This document shows, in pieces, positions 12,655 to 25,484 of a stretch of 64,000 bases of DNA. Numbering within the stretch: the first letter of the stretch is position 1; every line of letters begins with the position of its first letter. A program made the position numbers and the translations under genes. The DNA is from Octopus vulgaris (taxonomy: Eukaryota): NCBI GenBank assembly GCA_951406725.2, contig OX597823.1, positions 100,068,001 through 100,132,000 of the forward strand. The letters are read 5' to 3'. Under the pieces are notes generated by a model, which was given only the letters and a program-made list of their open reading frames with translations, searched no databases and had not been told where the DNA came from.

Positions 12655-12737
<83 letters not shown>

Positions 12738-12746
12738 AACAATAAT

Positions 12747-15178
12747 AAACCTACAAGAACAGGTATGGGAAGACATCTCAATCGCCGACCTAAGGAGGGC
12801 ACTAACGAAGGCTCATAAGTGGAAATCCCCTGGTATTGATAGAGTACCAAATTTCTGGCTCTAATCACTCTCGTCCACACACAAAATGTTAGTAATACTA
12901 TTTAATAGTATTATGAAAGACCCGGAAAAAACACCACATTGGATGGCTTACCTCCTCCCCCAAAACAACAAAACGAAAGACCAAAAAAACTACCGGCCTA
13001 TAACATGTTTATCTACTACCTATAAGATTTTGACATCTATTCTGGTAGAGAAAACATATACGTTTATGGAAGGGAATAACCTTTTTCCCACTGAACAAAA
13101 AGGATGCAGACGAGGCTCATACGGATGCAAAGATCAGCTCCTAATTAACCGCATGATCCTTGAGAACTGCCATAACAAGCGCAGAAATCTCAGCTCTTCA
13201 TGGATTGATTATAAAAAAGCCTTTGACAGCATACCACATTCGTGGATTCTGAAATCGCTGAACATTTTCAAAATTTTTCCTGTGATTTCAGATTTTTTAA
13301 AGTATAATATGTCATTATGGAACACGAAGCTCCAATTATGTCATTCTAATGGAGTATTGCACTCAAACAACATTAACATAAACTGTGGAATTTTCCAAGG
13401 TGACTCACTTTCACCACTAATTTTCTGCATAGCACTAATACCACTGTCAAGTGAACTGAATAGAACAGGATATGGCTACAAAATTGACAACAGGAAAATA
13501 AGCCATCTATTTTATATGGACGACTTAAAGTTATATGGCAAAGATGATGAAGAGCTTGAAGGATTATTATATACTGTGAAAGGATTCAGTGATGATATCG
13601 GGATGGAGTTTGGCCTTGAAAAGTGTGCCAAAGCCACTTTTAAGAAAGGGAAATTGGTAAAGTCTAGTTCAATCGAATTAGATGTCGAAATAGTAATAAA
13701 GGAACTTGAGCAGGAACAAACTTATAAATACGTAGGAATAAATGAAGGCTCTGATATCCAGCATGCAAGTATGAAAGAGAATGTTATAGACGAGTTCGAG
13801 CAGTCCTGAAGTCTGAGCTGAATGCATATAATAAGGTTTTAGCCATAAATTCCTTAGCAGTACCAGTTGTTCTTTATAGCTTCAATGTGCTTAACTGGAA
13901 TACCAGTGACATAATGAAAATTGACAGAAAAATCCGAAAGCTACTGACTTGTAATAAGATGCACCATCCAAAGGCAGACGTGGATCGCCTTTACCTTCCC
14001 AGAGCTCAGGGAGGTTGAGGGTTGATCCAGCTTGAACTTACATACAAAAACGATTGGATGCTAAAACTTGTTGAAAAACACGAAAGACCTAAAAAACTTC
14101 ACTCTATTCTCAAAGCAAAAAATTCGCTGCTGATCTCTTAGATACCCACCAGATTGAGCAGGCTGAAGGAAATGCGCCAACTGCAGCTGCAAAGAAAATA
14201 AAATTAATTGCAAAGACAAAAGCACATGAAAATTTAGCTAGCAGATGGGAACAGAAACCTCTCCATGGCAAGTATGTGGCCCGTAGCAAACAAGCTGATG
14301 TCGACCAGACACACACGCACCAATGGTTACGAAGTTCAGGGCTAAAAGCAGAGACTGAAGGTTTCATATTAGCTGCTCAAGACCAAAGCTTATTAACCTG
14401 GAACTACCAAGCCAATGTGATGAAAAATGGAGCTGACCTAAAATGCCAATTCTGTTACGATGAGATTGAAACGATAGACCACCTAATCTCAGGGTGTAGA
14501 GTCTTAGCACCTGCAGAATATAAAGCAAGACATGACAGAGTCGGCCAGTATTTACATTGGACAATATGTCGGCATTATAAAATCAAATCCGCTGACAAAT
14601 GGTATAAACATCATCCTGAAGCTGTGACTGAGGGAGAAAATGTGTCGATTCTATGGGACTTCCCCGTGCAGACCGACAGGACTATAAAAGCTAATAAACC
14701 GGATACTATTATAAAAGATCAGACAAAAAGGATGTGTTTATTAATTGACATGAGTATTCCCTGTGATCACAATATAGCGGCGAAAGAATTTGACAAGATT
14801 AGTAAATATAAAGACCTGCTAATAGAAATTGAAAAAATGTGGCATCTCAAGGCGACTACAGTACCAGTGATTGTAGGATCTCTAGGAATGATAAAAAAAG
14901 GTACTGAAACCTATTTGAAAATTATTCCAGGCTTACCATCCCTACAGGAAGTGCAAAAAATCGTATTAACTGGAACGGCTCATGTACTGAGAAGAGCACT
15001 ATCGCTGTGAAGATAACATCCATCCATGAATTTATTTATTTAAAAATTTTTAAATACATATTTTATCTGTGAATTTGCGCGTGTAATCTGGGAATGCATA
15101 CAATGCCCTTCTCTGTCCTAGGTGTAAAGAAAACACTCGGCGAGAAACGGAAAAAAATTTGAAGAAAGAAGGAAAAAA
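12747..15178 (+). mobile_element. 5'-truncated R4/Dong-like non-LTR retrotransposon (RT + CCHC + REL endonuclease), disrupted ORF
   Basis: SPGID, YRPITCL, DYKKAFDS, GIFQGDSLSP, FYMDD (12886-13809); CQFC..ETIDHLISGC, RHD, KPD..D (14276-15010). Embedded in (TAA)n on both sides; stops and frameshifts present. Confidence 0.92.
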
Positions 15179-15179
15179 C

Positions 15180-15216
<37 letters not shown>

Positions 15217-15228
15217 CAACAACAACAT

Positions 15229-15370
15229 GGAAAAATACCTTAGGAATGAGAACTCAGGTTGGAAATTTCCCCAAGACACTCGATGAAGGCTGGAGGGTAT
15301 ATCAGCCGAAACGTTGTGTTAACAATAAACAAGATGAGGACAAATATCCGTCAAATGTAAATAATGTAAA
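15229..15370 (+). mobile_element. Body of the hammerhead-bearing SINE-like element (right, inverted copy)
   Basis: Reverse complement of ~12385-12525. Hammerhead at 15275-15320 has a mutated core (TCGATGAA). Confidence 0.8.
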
Positions 15371-15892
15371 TATTGAAAAGAATACGTTTCATTATTTAAA
15401 TAAGGAAAGTTGTGAACTTTGAATGTATAAGAATATAAACAAGCGTAAAAAAGTGTAAACAACGAAAATAAAAGTATATCTAAATAACATTTGTTTCCTT
15501 AATACTTTTTATGTAGTGGTCGAAGGAAACCCTGGATTTCGTTAAGAGTGGTCCACATAACTATTCGTGATACAGAAGCTGGGAACCTATTTCAGTTCGG
15601 GAGTGATTCATGATCGCATGTCCCTTAGTTGCAAACACAAGTCCTATAGCTGCAATAGACTGCTGTATCACCAACAATAATGGGATTTCTCTAAGATCAT
15701 CACCCAGTATTCTATCAAAGTCCATTCACGCATTTCTCAATACATATATTGCTGTTATGACTTCCCTCCCTCGTTTTATGCCTCCATCGTAGATTTGTTA
15801 GTACTTGTAAACATTAGATCTGTTCACAGGACCACATATACTGACGAGCATCACGAACAAGTACGTATATGCCGTACATCTACACATTAACA

Positions 15893-15927
<35 letters not shown>

Positions 15928-15935
15928 TAGGCACA

Positions 15936-16421
15936 TACACTACCGGCAGAAATAAATTAGCACCCTTGATTTGCTCACCATGAAGCATGGTGGGGGTGGT
16001 CTGATGGTGTGAGGGGCGTTCAGCTACAGTGGTGTTGGGCGGCTCTATGCCGTCGAAGGCAACATCAACGCAGCAAAGTACGTTGAGATAGTACGGGATT
16101 TGAATGTGCAGCAATACAGGAACCGACACGAGCTGCTTGGGGCACTTCTTGCTGCATGAGGGGCCATCCCTGCACAGTACCTGCAGGCACTCATAGACAG
16201 CATGCCGACCCGCGTAGCAGCTGTCATTGCTGTCAAAGGAGGAGCAACAAGATATTGACTAAATTTCACGATTAATAACAATTATGTGGTGTGCTGGGAT
16301 ATGTCTTAATAAATTTTTGATTAAAAACGAGTTCATTTCTGATAATAAGTTAATTAAATTAAGAAAATGTAAGAAAATGTAGAAATTTGAGAAGTACTAA
16401 TTAATTTCCGACGCAAGTGTA
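15936..16421 (+). mobile_element. Internally deleted Tc1-like DNA transposon
   Basis: Encodes KHGGGGLMV*GAFSYSGVGRLYAVEGNINAAKYVEI and ALIDSMPTRVAAVIAVKGGATRY*. Imperfect TIRs tacactaccggcagaaataaattagcac / gtactaattaatttccgacgcaagtgta with TA ends. Confidence 0.85.
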
Positions 16422-16539
16422 CATATATTTACATACCCCGATAGAAAAACGAAATCTTCCAAAGGTGTTCCATCTCTTTCGATGAAATGAGGCTCGCTAC
16501 CACGACCACCACCATCACCACGCACATTCCTGGCAGAAT

Positions 16540-16800
16540 TTGATTCCTGGTAGCGCGTTGTATCCTTGAGCAAGACACTTTATTTCACGTTGCTCCTGTT
16601 CACTCAGCTGGCAAAAATAAGCAGTAGTTGTAATTCGAAAGACCAGCCTTGTCGCATTCCGCGTCACGCTGAATCTCCATGGGGACTGCATTAAGGGCAT
16701 GCGTGTCTGTGGAGTACGCAGCCACTTGCACGTTAATTTCACGAGCAGGTTGTTCCGACCAACTGGAACCCTTGTCGTCGTTGCTGACGGAGTCCCATTT
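16540..16800 (+). mobile_element. SINE (family shared with 51240-51570)
   Basis: tccttgagcaagacactttatttcacgttgctcc..cagctggcaaaaa...gtcgtcgttgctgacggagtccca. Confidence 0.7.
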
Positions 16801-17199
16801 TACTTTTTGTTCTTATCTTGATACATAAATTGTCTAAAGTAACATTATCTGCTACGTGTGTCTCCTCCCCTTTTTTTCCATCATGTTTTTAGGAAGATAT
16901 GGTTGCTATTTGAAACATTGTGAGGATTGGTAGAATAATAGCTTATATCCGGTTTCTGTAGTGTTCAGTGGATAAAATAACACCACTACCACCAGCTTCA
17001 CCAACACCATTGCAACCACCACCACAACCACCATAACTATCACTGCAACTTCTATCACCAACGCAACCAACATCAACACCACTAACACCGCTCGCTAGAA
17101 AAGAGAGTTGGAAAAGAGTGACGAATTAACGATGAAAGAAATATTTTACTCACTGAGTGCGCAGAAGAGGTATGTCACACCTAATGATATATATATATA

Positions 17200-17400
17200 A
17201 AGTATACTAGCCATCTCAATATGGCTAACCACTAAGGGTGGATGTTACTGTAGCTTTTAGCCCCAGGAGATCATCGTCTCCAGCTGGCTTTAGGCACACT
17301 TTCTGTGCCCTTATGGTATTTGCAAAGGGAGGTCATCCCTCTCTCGTAAACCTAAGTGATACGCACGGACTGCAGTTTCGTCTTGTCAACGTACGGCAAT
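17200..17400 (-). mobile_element. Short repeat with minimal hammerhead (second copy at 26169-26347)
   Basis: ~180 bp shared with 26169-26347. Minus strand 17362-17395: cgtacg-TTGACAA-GAC-GAAA-CTGCAG-TC-cgtgcg. Confidence 0.7.
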
Positions 17401-17529
17401 CACTGGTTTTTCGATGGGGGGACCTGTTTGCAAATATCTATATTTCTGTCACTGATTTCGAAAAACTGTCTGCAAGCAATAATAAATCTCTGAACGAGAT
17501 GTAAACAATAACCGCTCGACAACGTAAAA

Positions 17530-17650
17530 TGGCTTGATCGTCCCGAGGCTATAATAGAAGACACTTGCCCAAGGTTCCACGCAGTGGAACTGAACCAGGA
17601 ACCATGTAGTTGAGAAGCAAACTTCTTACCACACAGCTACGCCTGCGCAT
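17530..17650 (-). mobile_element. tRNA-derived SINE head
   Basis: aagacacttgcccaaggttccacgcagtggaactgaaccaggaaccatg..accacacagc, homologous to 22960-23060. Confidence 0.75.
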
Positions 17651-17692
17651 TTATATATATATATATATATGCACACACATGTGTATATATAT

Positions 17693-17737
<45 letters not shown>

Positions 17738-18928
17738 CTGCACGAATATATATGTGTATGAGTGTGTAAGAGCGCGTGCGAGGCAAGACATTAAACTGTA
17801 TCCAATGGTGAGAGCTCAGCTGGAGAGTTCAGGAATTTAAGAGAGTATGGAGTTACCAATTAGTTCCCACTGCTTCCAGGTCCGCTTTGGTCCCGGGTCG
17901 GGAGTTCCTGTCAAGGGCCCAGGTATGCGTCAAGCTGGAGCATCTGTTCCGGTGGCTTGAAGCATACTGTACTCAGGGGAAGCTGGACACTCGTCACGTC
18001 ACACAAAGCCATCAGTGTGTCACTATGCCCTGGGGCCAGGCAAACCAATTCCCCCGTTTTACCAGAATAAACTCTTTACAAAATAAACTGACAGAAGTCA
18101 ACGGGAAACCCCGGCTGTATCTTTATATTTCTCAAGAAAACTCATGAACCTTCGGATTTTGGAATGGAGCTACGTCCTACAGTCCTGCCTTTGGAACATG
18201 AAGAGAGAAAAATTGACATAATCAAGATCAGCGATGCAGAACCTTTTCGTATGAAATAGACTAATTTGAAGAATCAAATTTAGAGAAGGCCTGCACCGTG
18301 GAATTACAAAAATAAGTCATATTTTTTAATAATCTTTTTGTCAGTACTCAAGACTTTTTGCAAGGGTTTTTCAACCCTTTTTTCAAGGGCTTTCCGTACT
18401 AGTGGGGTGGAAGGCGTAAGGTATTCTCAAAGTGGAGACCTGGCAGTAAATGGTAAAATGGTTTTTATTTGTTAAGGTTATCTTTACAAATCTTCTAAAG
18501 AAATTTTGTAGAGATTCTCCATTTTTCATTTTCGATCTCATTGCTGTTTACATTAGGCGTCTCGGATACGAAACGTCGGAAACAAAATCGGTGTTGGTTT
18601 TAATTTCTATAGAAAATCAGCAGAAATAACTTTAACAAGTAATGTAAGAGCACTACTAACACAATAGAACACGGTATTGACTTATAAAAGCGTTTGATAT
18701 ACTTTGTATATATTATGGTTACATAACGAAATGCCGCGTCCCTACAGGTCATTAAGATGCATATTTAGTTATCGCTAAAAAGATAGGATTTAAATTTGAT
18801 TTGACATTTTAACGACTGAGGCAAATAAATTCCATTTTGAATATATATACTGTATATGTATGAGACAGAAATTTTAATGAGATATATATATATAAGGTCG
18901 AACTCCATCAAGCTTGGTAATGGCCACT

Positions 18929-19158
18929 TTAACTTTTTCGTTATTGTATCTCTGTTGAGATGCTCTGTGTTTCTTTCAATTAATTTTAAATACAACAAAG
19001 AATTTAGTGAAATAACTTAGTTATCATTAAGTTAGTGTTAGGAACATAAATTGTGTCTAAGGTTTTGTGGAAGATTTTAATTCAGAACTTTTTTAAACAA
19101 GACATTTGTACTGTAGAGCCCGAGGCAGTTTCAGTCGGGTTGGTATCAAAAGGGTTAA
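18929..19158. mobile_element. Probable TTAA-flanked (piggyBac-like) MITE
   Basis: Right end ggtatcaaaaggg-TTAA; degenerate left end TTAA-ctttttcgtta. Confidence 0.45.
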
Positions 19159-20249
19159 CGTTTGTTAATGAAATCTTAAATATTTGATGTAGGAGATATG
19201 TCAGTAAACCTGGATTTCACGGATTTCAATTTTGAAAACGTTATACGGGAAGAATGAGTAGGTTGGAAACCCTGATTTATAAAATAAATACCAGAAATAT
19301 ACAAATGTCTTACAGAACGACTAAGTAATTTCATCCTTTGAAAAGAAAATGCTAAGAAAAATAATAAAACAGAAAACGAAACAGATATCAAGATAAGAGA
19401 GGTGGGAGATATAATGAAAGACAAAGAGAGAAAGAGAGTAAGAGAGTCAGATAAAAAAAAAGATACAGAGAGAAAGATAAAGAGAATGTATGAAGGAAAG
19501 GAGAAACTATAATAAAGGACAAGTGAGAAAGGAGAGAAAAACAAGTGAAATAGAAAAGAAATACCTTCGTAACTTGCTAAAAACAAAAACCATAACAAAA
19601 AGCAAAAAAAAAAATAACGAATGAAAGACGAGTAAAATGAGTCATTTGTTTTGGCTCTCAAGTGTCAAATGAAACACACGTGACTTGGAGAAGATCTGGG
19701 GGGAAATGATTTCTAAGTAAACTCAAGTTTTATATGCAATGTTATGACTATTATGTATTTTGCATAGAAATTCTTGTCTAGGTGTGTGTAAGAAAGTTGT
19801 GTTTATGGTCAGGTTGCTGGTGTTAAACCCTAGGCTGGACTTAATCGATCATATCCCCCCTGTCCTTCTTTTTATATGTTACACCTAAGATTACATCATT
19901 CAGTGTGTCCTTGTTTGTTATAAAGAACTTATTGTTTGAGGGTGATTTGGTTGCTATTTCATTGGCTCCACAAATGTAAACTAATAACCATATGTCTTGA
20001 AGTCAAATATCACAGCCCTCTAACTGTGATATTACAGCCCCACCGAGCCCGTCTTAACCATAAAGGACCCCGAGGAAAGTGATGCACTGGAATCTCCCCG
20101 TACACAAGGAAAGCTGACGAATTAACATTTGACTCAAAGACTTGCGTCCATGCCTTAAGACGGCACTGCTACATGTCCGCCCAACGCAACAGTGTTGCAA
20201 CGTGGTTAGATGAGTTACGAAGTGGGTGCACTACAAGACTTATCACATC

Positions 20250-21420
20250 AAAAGCGAAACAAACTCTCCTGGCGACAGCTGTTGCAAAACAACCGGACAG
20301 AAAATCACATGGGAGAGGCTTGTGAGTTAATTATTGGTACAGAAAGCTCGCTTTCTGTAGAGCAACCCTCGTTAACCAATTCAAAATAGCAATGAAGGCT
20401 TGGTGTATCAAACTGATTGGCATTCGTATGTACACCACGAGTATCTAAAAGCAAGGGACGCATGAGGACAAAAACCACAGACCCATAGGATGCCTGAATA
20501 TGATGTATAACTTACACACGGGGTGCTTCAATGCATTCCGGCATGATCACTGTGAAACACAGGAGGAAAGAAAGGAGTCTGGGTTTGTGCCGGACAGCTC
20601 GGCAAAACTGTCTCGAAGGAAGCGAAATAATACAGCTGAAAACTGCTGACTATATGGCTAGACTCAGTACAGCCTTTCCAAGCTGCCAACTGCTATAATC
20701 GACGCCATGAAGAGACTGACTGCAACAGGACCCACACAGCTATTGATACCAGTTGAAGCTACTCTAGTCACTAACAGAATTAGGCTGTCAACAAGGCCAT
20801 TTCAGGGCGACAGCTTATCTGTAATACTATTCGTCCCAGCAGTAAACCCATTGTCGACCCTGTTAACGAAATGTTAAGCAATATGATAGGATCTGTAAAT
20901 GAAAGAAAAGTCACTCACACTTCTTTGTTTTATTTTTAATTTTGTAATGATCTTAATCTGTACGTGAGTAATATTCACGACATCAAAAGACAGAACTGGT
21001 TGCAACCTTTTCGTGGGAAACGGGAATCGAGTTTGGTTAGGATAAGTGTTCATATTTGTAATCAAACAAGGAAAGATTATGGATACCAACAGCCTGTCTG
21101 TCTCCCTAATCCCTGGCGAAGAATGCTACGAGTAACTTGGAATCGACGAAATTATCGCATACGTTGGTGCTGTGAGTAAAGCTAAAGTGGCAAAAGAATA
21201 CTGCAGCAGACTTCGGAAGATATGCAAGTCCACAACACCAAATCCCACAATACGTTCGCAATGCTAATCCTAGAAGCAATATGTGGGGTATTCAAGTGGA
21301 GATTTGAAAAGATCCACAACTTGGATATCAAGCCTAAACAGACAGTATGATTGGTAACTTCCACATCAACAATGACACCGAGAAAATGTTGAATAGAGGG
21401 ATGGGGAGGGGAGTAAGGAA
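20250..21420 (+). pseudogene. Highly degenerate non-LTR RT fragment
   Basis: Residual motifs aaccacagacccataggatgcctgaat (RPI.CLN) and tttcagggcgacagcttatct (FQGDSLS). Confidence 0.6.
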
Positions 21421-21976
21421 TATGCTCGGTCAAGTGGAGATTTGAAAAGATCCACATTCTTCGTAGCATTCTTCGCCAGGGATTAGGGAGACAGACAGGC
21501 TGTTGGTATCCATAATCTTTCCTTGTTTGATTACAAATATGAACACTTATCCTAACCAAACTCGATTCCCGTTTCCCACGAAAAGGTTGCAACCAGTTCT
21601 GTCTTTTGATGTCGTGAATATTACTCACGTACAGATTAAGATCATTACAAAATTAAAAATAAAACAAAGAAGTGTGAGTGACTTTTCTTTCATTTACAGA
21701 TCCTATCATATTGCTTAACATTTCGTTAACAGGGTCGACAATGGGTTTACTGCTGGGACGAATAGTATTACAGATAAGCTGTCGCCCTGAAATGGCCTTG
21801 TTGACAGCCTAATTCTGTTAGTGACTAGAGTAGCTTCAACTGGTATCAATAGCTGTGTGGGTCCTGTTGCAGTCAGTCTCTTCATGGCGTCGATTATAGC
21901 AGTTGGCAGCTTGGAAAGGCTGTACTGAGTCTAACCATAGAGTCAGCAGTTTTCAGCTGTATTATTTCGCTTCCTT
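20616..21976. repeat. ~516-bp near-perfect inverted duplication
   Basis: Arms 20616-21131 and 21461-21976. The ORF track shows identical peptides on opposite strands (20874-21089 vs 21503-21718). Confidence 0.95.
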
Positions 21977-22019
21977 TTAATGCCTTCGAGTGACATTTTG
22001 TGTCATTAAGACAACACCT

Positions 22020-22275
22020 TCACCAACGAAAGCTTCGTTCGATCTTAAGCATCAAATGAGAACTTAATGCGACCGACAATAAGTCTTGGAAAGAGCTAAC
22101 AGCCAAAGCATCGAATCGCTGATCATGAAACTCGGTATTCGATGGTCAGGACATGTAGCAAGAATGGAAGAGTCACGGCCAAGTCTTATTCAGTAAGCTC
22201 ACTTCAGGGAAAAGACCACGGGGTTGCCTTCTTCGAAGATACAAGTACCAACTCAAAGCAACACTGAAAGAAAAC
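22020..22275 (+). pseudogene. RTE-clade LINE 3' fragment
   Basis: Translates (with frameshifts) VLERANSQSIESLIMKLGIRWSGHVARMEE..SGKRPRG..RRYK.QLKATLK. Confidence 0.75.
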
Positions 22276-22326
22276 TATATATATATATATATATTTAAAA
22301 AAAGGAGATGTCGAACACGAGTGGTG

Positions 22327-22600
22327 ATATATAAAAAGGAAATGAAGAAAATGCTGACAAATAATTGAAGTAATTTAAGTAATTTAATTAGGTGAAAGTT
22401 CTTTTTACTGGTTGCGCATTTGTTATGCTTATCAAAATATAAAAGAGAGATTAGAGTTCCTGAAAAATTATATAAGAAAGGAACTCTAATCTCCCTTTTA
22501 TATTTTGATAAGCATAACAAATGCGCAACCGGTAAAAAGAACTTTCACCTAATTAAATTACTTAAATTACTTCAATTATTTGTCAGCATTTTCTTCATTT

Positions 22601-22612
<12 letters not shown>
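22327..22612. repeat. ~133-bp-arm fold-back between (TA)n tracts
   Basis: Arms ~22327-22461 and 22479-22612; mirror-image ORFs 22275-22520(-) and 22420-22686(+). Confidence 0.92.
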
Positions 22613-22653
<41 letters not shown>

Positions 22654-22654
<1 letters not shown>

Positions 22655-23057
22655 TTTCTTTCTTTTACTTGTTTCAGTCATTTTGACTGCGGCCATGCTG
22701 GAGCACCGCCTTTTAGTCTAGCAACTCGACCCCGAGACTCATTCTTTTTGTAAGCCCAGTACTTATTCTATCGGTCTCTTTTTGCCGAACCGCTAAGTGA
22801 CGGGGACGTAAACACACCAGCATCGGTTGTCAAGCAATGCTAGGGGAACAAACACAGACACACAAACACACACACATACATATATATACATATATACGAC
22901 AGGCTTCTTTCAGTTTCCGTCTACCAAATCCACTCACAAGGCATTGGTCGGCCCGGGGCTATAGCAGAAGACACTTGCCCAAGATGCCACGCAGTGGGAC
23001 TGAACCCGGAACCATGTGGTTGGTTAGCAAGCTACTTACCACACAGCCACCCCTGCG

Positions 23058-23062
<5 letters not shown>
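22654..23062 (-). mobile_element. Near-complete tRNA-derived SINE with internal (CA/TA)n
   Basis: Minus strand aggcgcaggggtggctgtgtggtaag (A box)..ggttcagtccc (B box)..cttgggcaagtgtc, tail ..gaaacaagtaaaagaaag. Confidence 0.85.
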
Positions 23063-23102
<40 letters not shown>

Positions 23103-24084
23103 TCACCTACCTATCAATCTGTTTATCTATCTACTGACGGATAGATAGATCACTGTTAGTCTGGCCAACCGAGAAAAATTATTCTTCGCTGAAAAGGTCT
23201 AATAATACCGCAGAACCTTCGTTGTTTCCACCAGTTAGCTTAAAGACCGGATCTATACCTATACTGCATTTAGCATGTCCCTGTTTGTTGTTTTAGATTT
23301 TAAAGATTCCCTCGAGGCAATTTGTGTCTACCAATTGCTTGAATAATCACAGCTAATCCAAGTTTCTCAACTCAGTGTGTTACATATATGAGATATAAGT
23401 CTATTATATACACGATGGATAAAGAGTCATTAAGTATAGATCAGCCTGAAGCTATAGAAAATTGCACTTGCCCAAGATGCTACGCATTGAGATCGAACAT
23501 AGGATCTCTTGGTTGCGATGTGAATATATTAACCATTAAGCAATACAAACCGAAACAGAAAAATAAACAAAAACATTGCCAATGTAAGGAATAGTCTGCC
23601 TCGCTCGCAACAAAACGTCTGAAGATATTTTGCTTAACTTAGTGACAATAAAAGTAACACATTTGTAAGGCCGCACAGTAGAGTTTGACCCAACGTGGGA
23701 AACTTTGAAGGTCGGTTATTGTCCCACGACTAACTTTTGTCATTCTATCAATTGGCCGGATATGTTCGGTTTTATGAATGACATGTCTCAAAGCACCAAA
23801 CAACCCATGCTACTCTCTGATATCACTCATTTTTTATACATATGAATTTCACATCTTATTAATAGCTATATCTAAGATGGCATCAAGTGCATCACATACA
23901 CTGACAACAACTGGTTTACATACAATATTAACTGCTACTTGTAACCATTATACCCTCTGTTTCCTAATTCTTAGGTGCATTAAACTGTATGCTTAGAAAT
24001 GTTTTTCACTACGTTCATGCTCATTTTACTAACTGCCGCTTTTTTTTTTTTTTTTTTCAAATAGCAATCATTGATTTAGGAACC

Positions 24085-24245
24085 GGTACGGCTGTGTGGC
24101 TGAAAAGTTCGCTTCGCACCTACGTGGCTTCAGTACCAATGCACCACATTTTGACCAAAGTGTCTTCTATGATATCTCTAAGCCAAGCAACGTCATATGA
24201 ACGACGTTGGTAAACGGAAACTATGTGGATGACCGTCGTGTGTGT
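24085..24245 (+). mobile_element. Degenerate SINE head
   Basis: ggctgtgtggctgaaaagttcgctt..ttggtaaacggaaactatgtgga. Confidence 0.55.
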
Positions 24246-24264
24246 GTGTGTGTGCGCGCGTACA

Positions 24265-24304
<40 letters not shown>

Positions 24305-24540
24305 CATACACACGCACACATACATACAAACACACACACACATATATATTTATGAAATACACAAGACATTCGGTTTTTTAAAGGTTGTAAGACATACACG
24401 AGTTTCGTTAAATCAATTGGTAGAATTATACAATTGTTTACGGAAATTTATATATTATCAAACCACCTCATTAATGTTATAGTCAGGAACAAAATATAGA
24501 GTATAGTGTTGAGCTGCTCATATATATATATATATATATA

Positions 24541-25427
24541 TATCTATATCTTCTCTATATCATAATTCTGAAATGCGAAAAGTTTGTTTGTTTGCCTGGT
24601 TTTGGCATTGAGAACGGGTTAAAGGCCACTAGATCCCGTCGGATTGACTCCAAAATTTACAGGGACATGTAAAATGAGGTGAGGATGCGAGTGGGCTAAG
24701 TTAGAAATCCCCATCTTAAAAGGTGTCGTTGCTAGGGCCAAAAACGTACTTTGACAAGTCTCCTCTCATTCTTTTATGTATCTGTCTTCCTCCATCACTC
24801 ACTCTCTTTCCTCCCTTCCCATCACATTCTATCTATAACGTCGTTTCACAGCGTCTACTTCCCCTTTACTTTCTCTTCATAACGTCGTTTCACAGCGTCC
24901 AATATCTCTCCCCTCCCCCTCTTCGACAGCGCTTTCTCACACTCTCTCTCTCTCTCTACGTCTGTCTGCATTCATAGAGAAAATTATCATCGTCAACACC
25001 ACCACCACACAATCATGAGAACAAATATTATGAATCAGATATTTATTAGGTTAATTTATATATGTGTGTGTGTGTTCTATATATAAATATGTATATATAA
25101 TGTATATATACAAAGTGTATATACCTGTATTTATGTATATTAAACTTTTTAATACTTTTTGATAGTTATATATATATTTTTTTTAAAATATAAATATAAA
25201 TTAATAATTTTAATTTTAATTTAAATAATTAAAATTTTTCAATTTTATATTTTATATATTTTGTATATTTTATTTTTATTTTTATGTTTTGGTTTATGTT
25301 TTTCACTGTTTGATTTGCCTAATAGTGGTTTTATCTCTAATTTAATTTATATATATATATAATTTGTATACATTTGTATATATAATGCGTACACACACAC
25401 ACACACAAATATATATATATATAATGC

Positions 25428-25484
<57 letters not shown>

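Noticed and set aside
19176-19661. 161-aa hydrophobic ORF
   Set aside because: Low-complexity CT-rich sequence giving an F/L/S bias.
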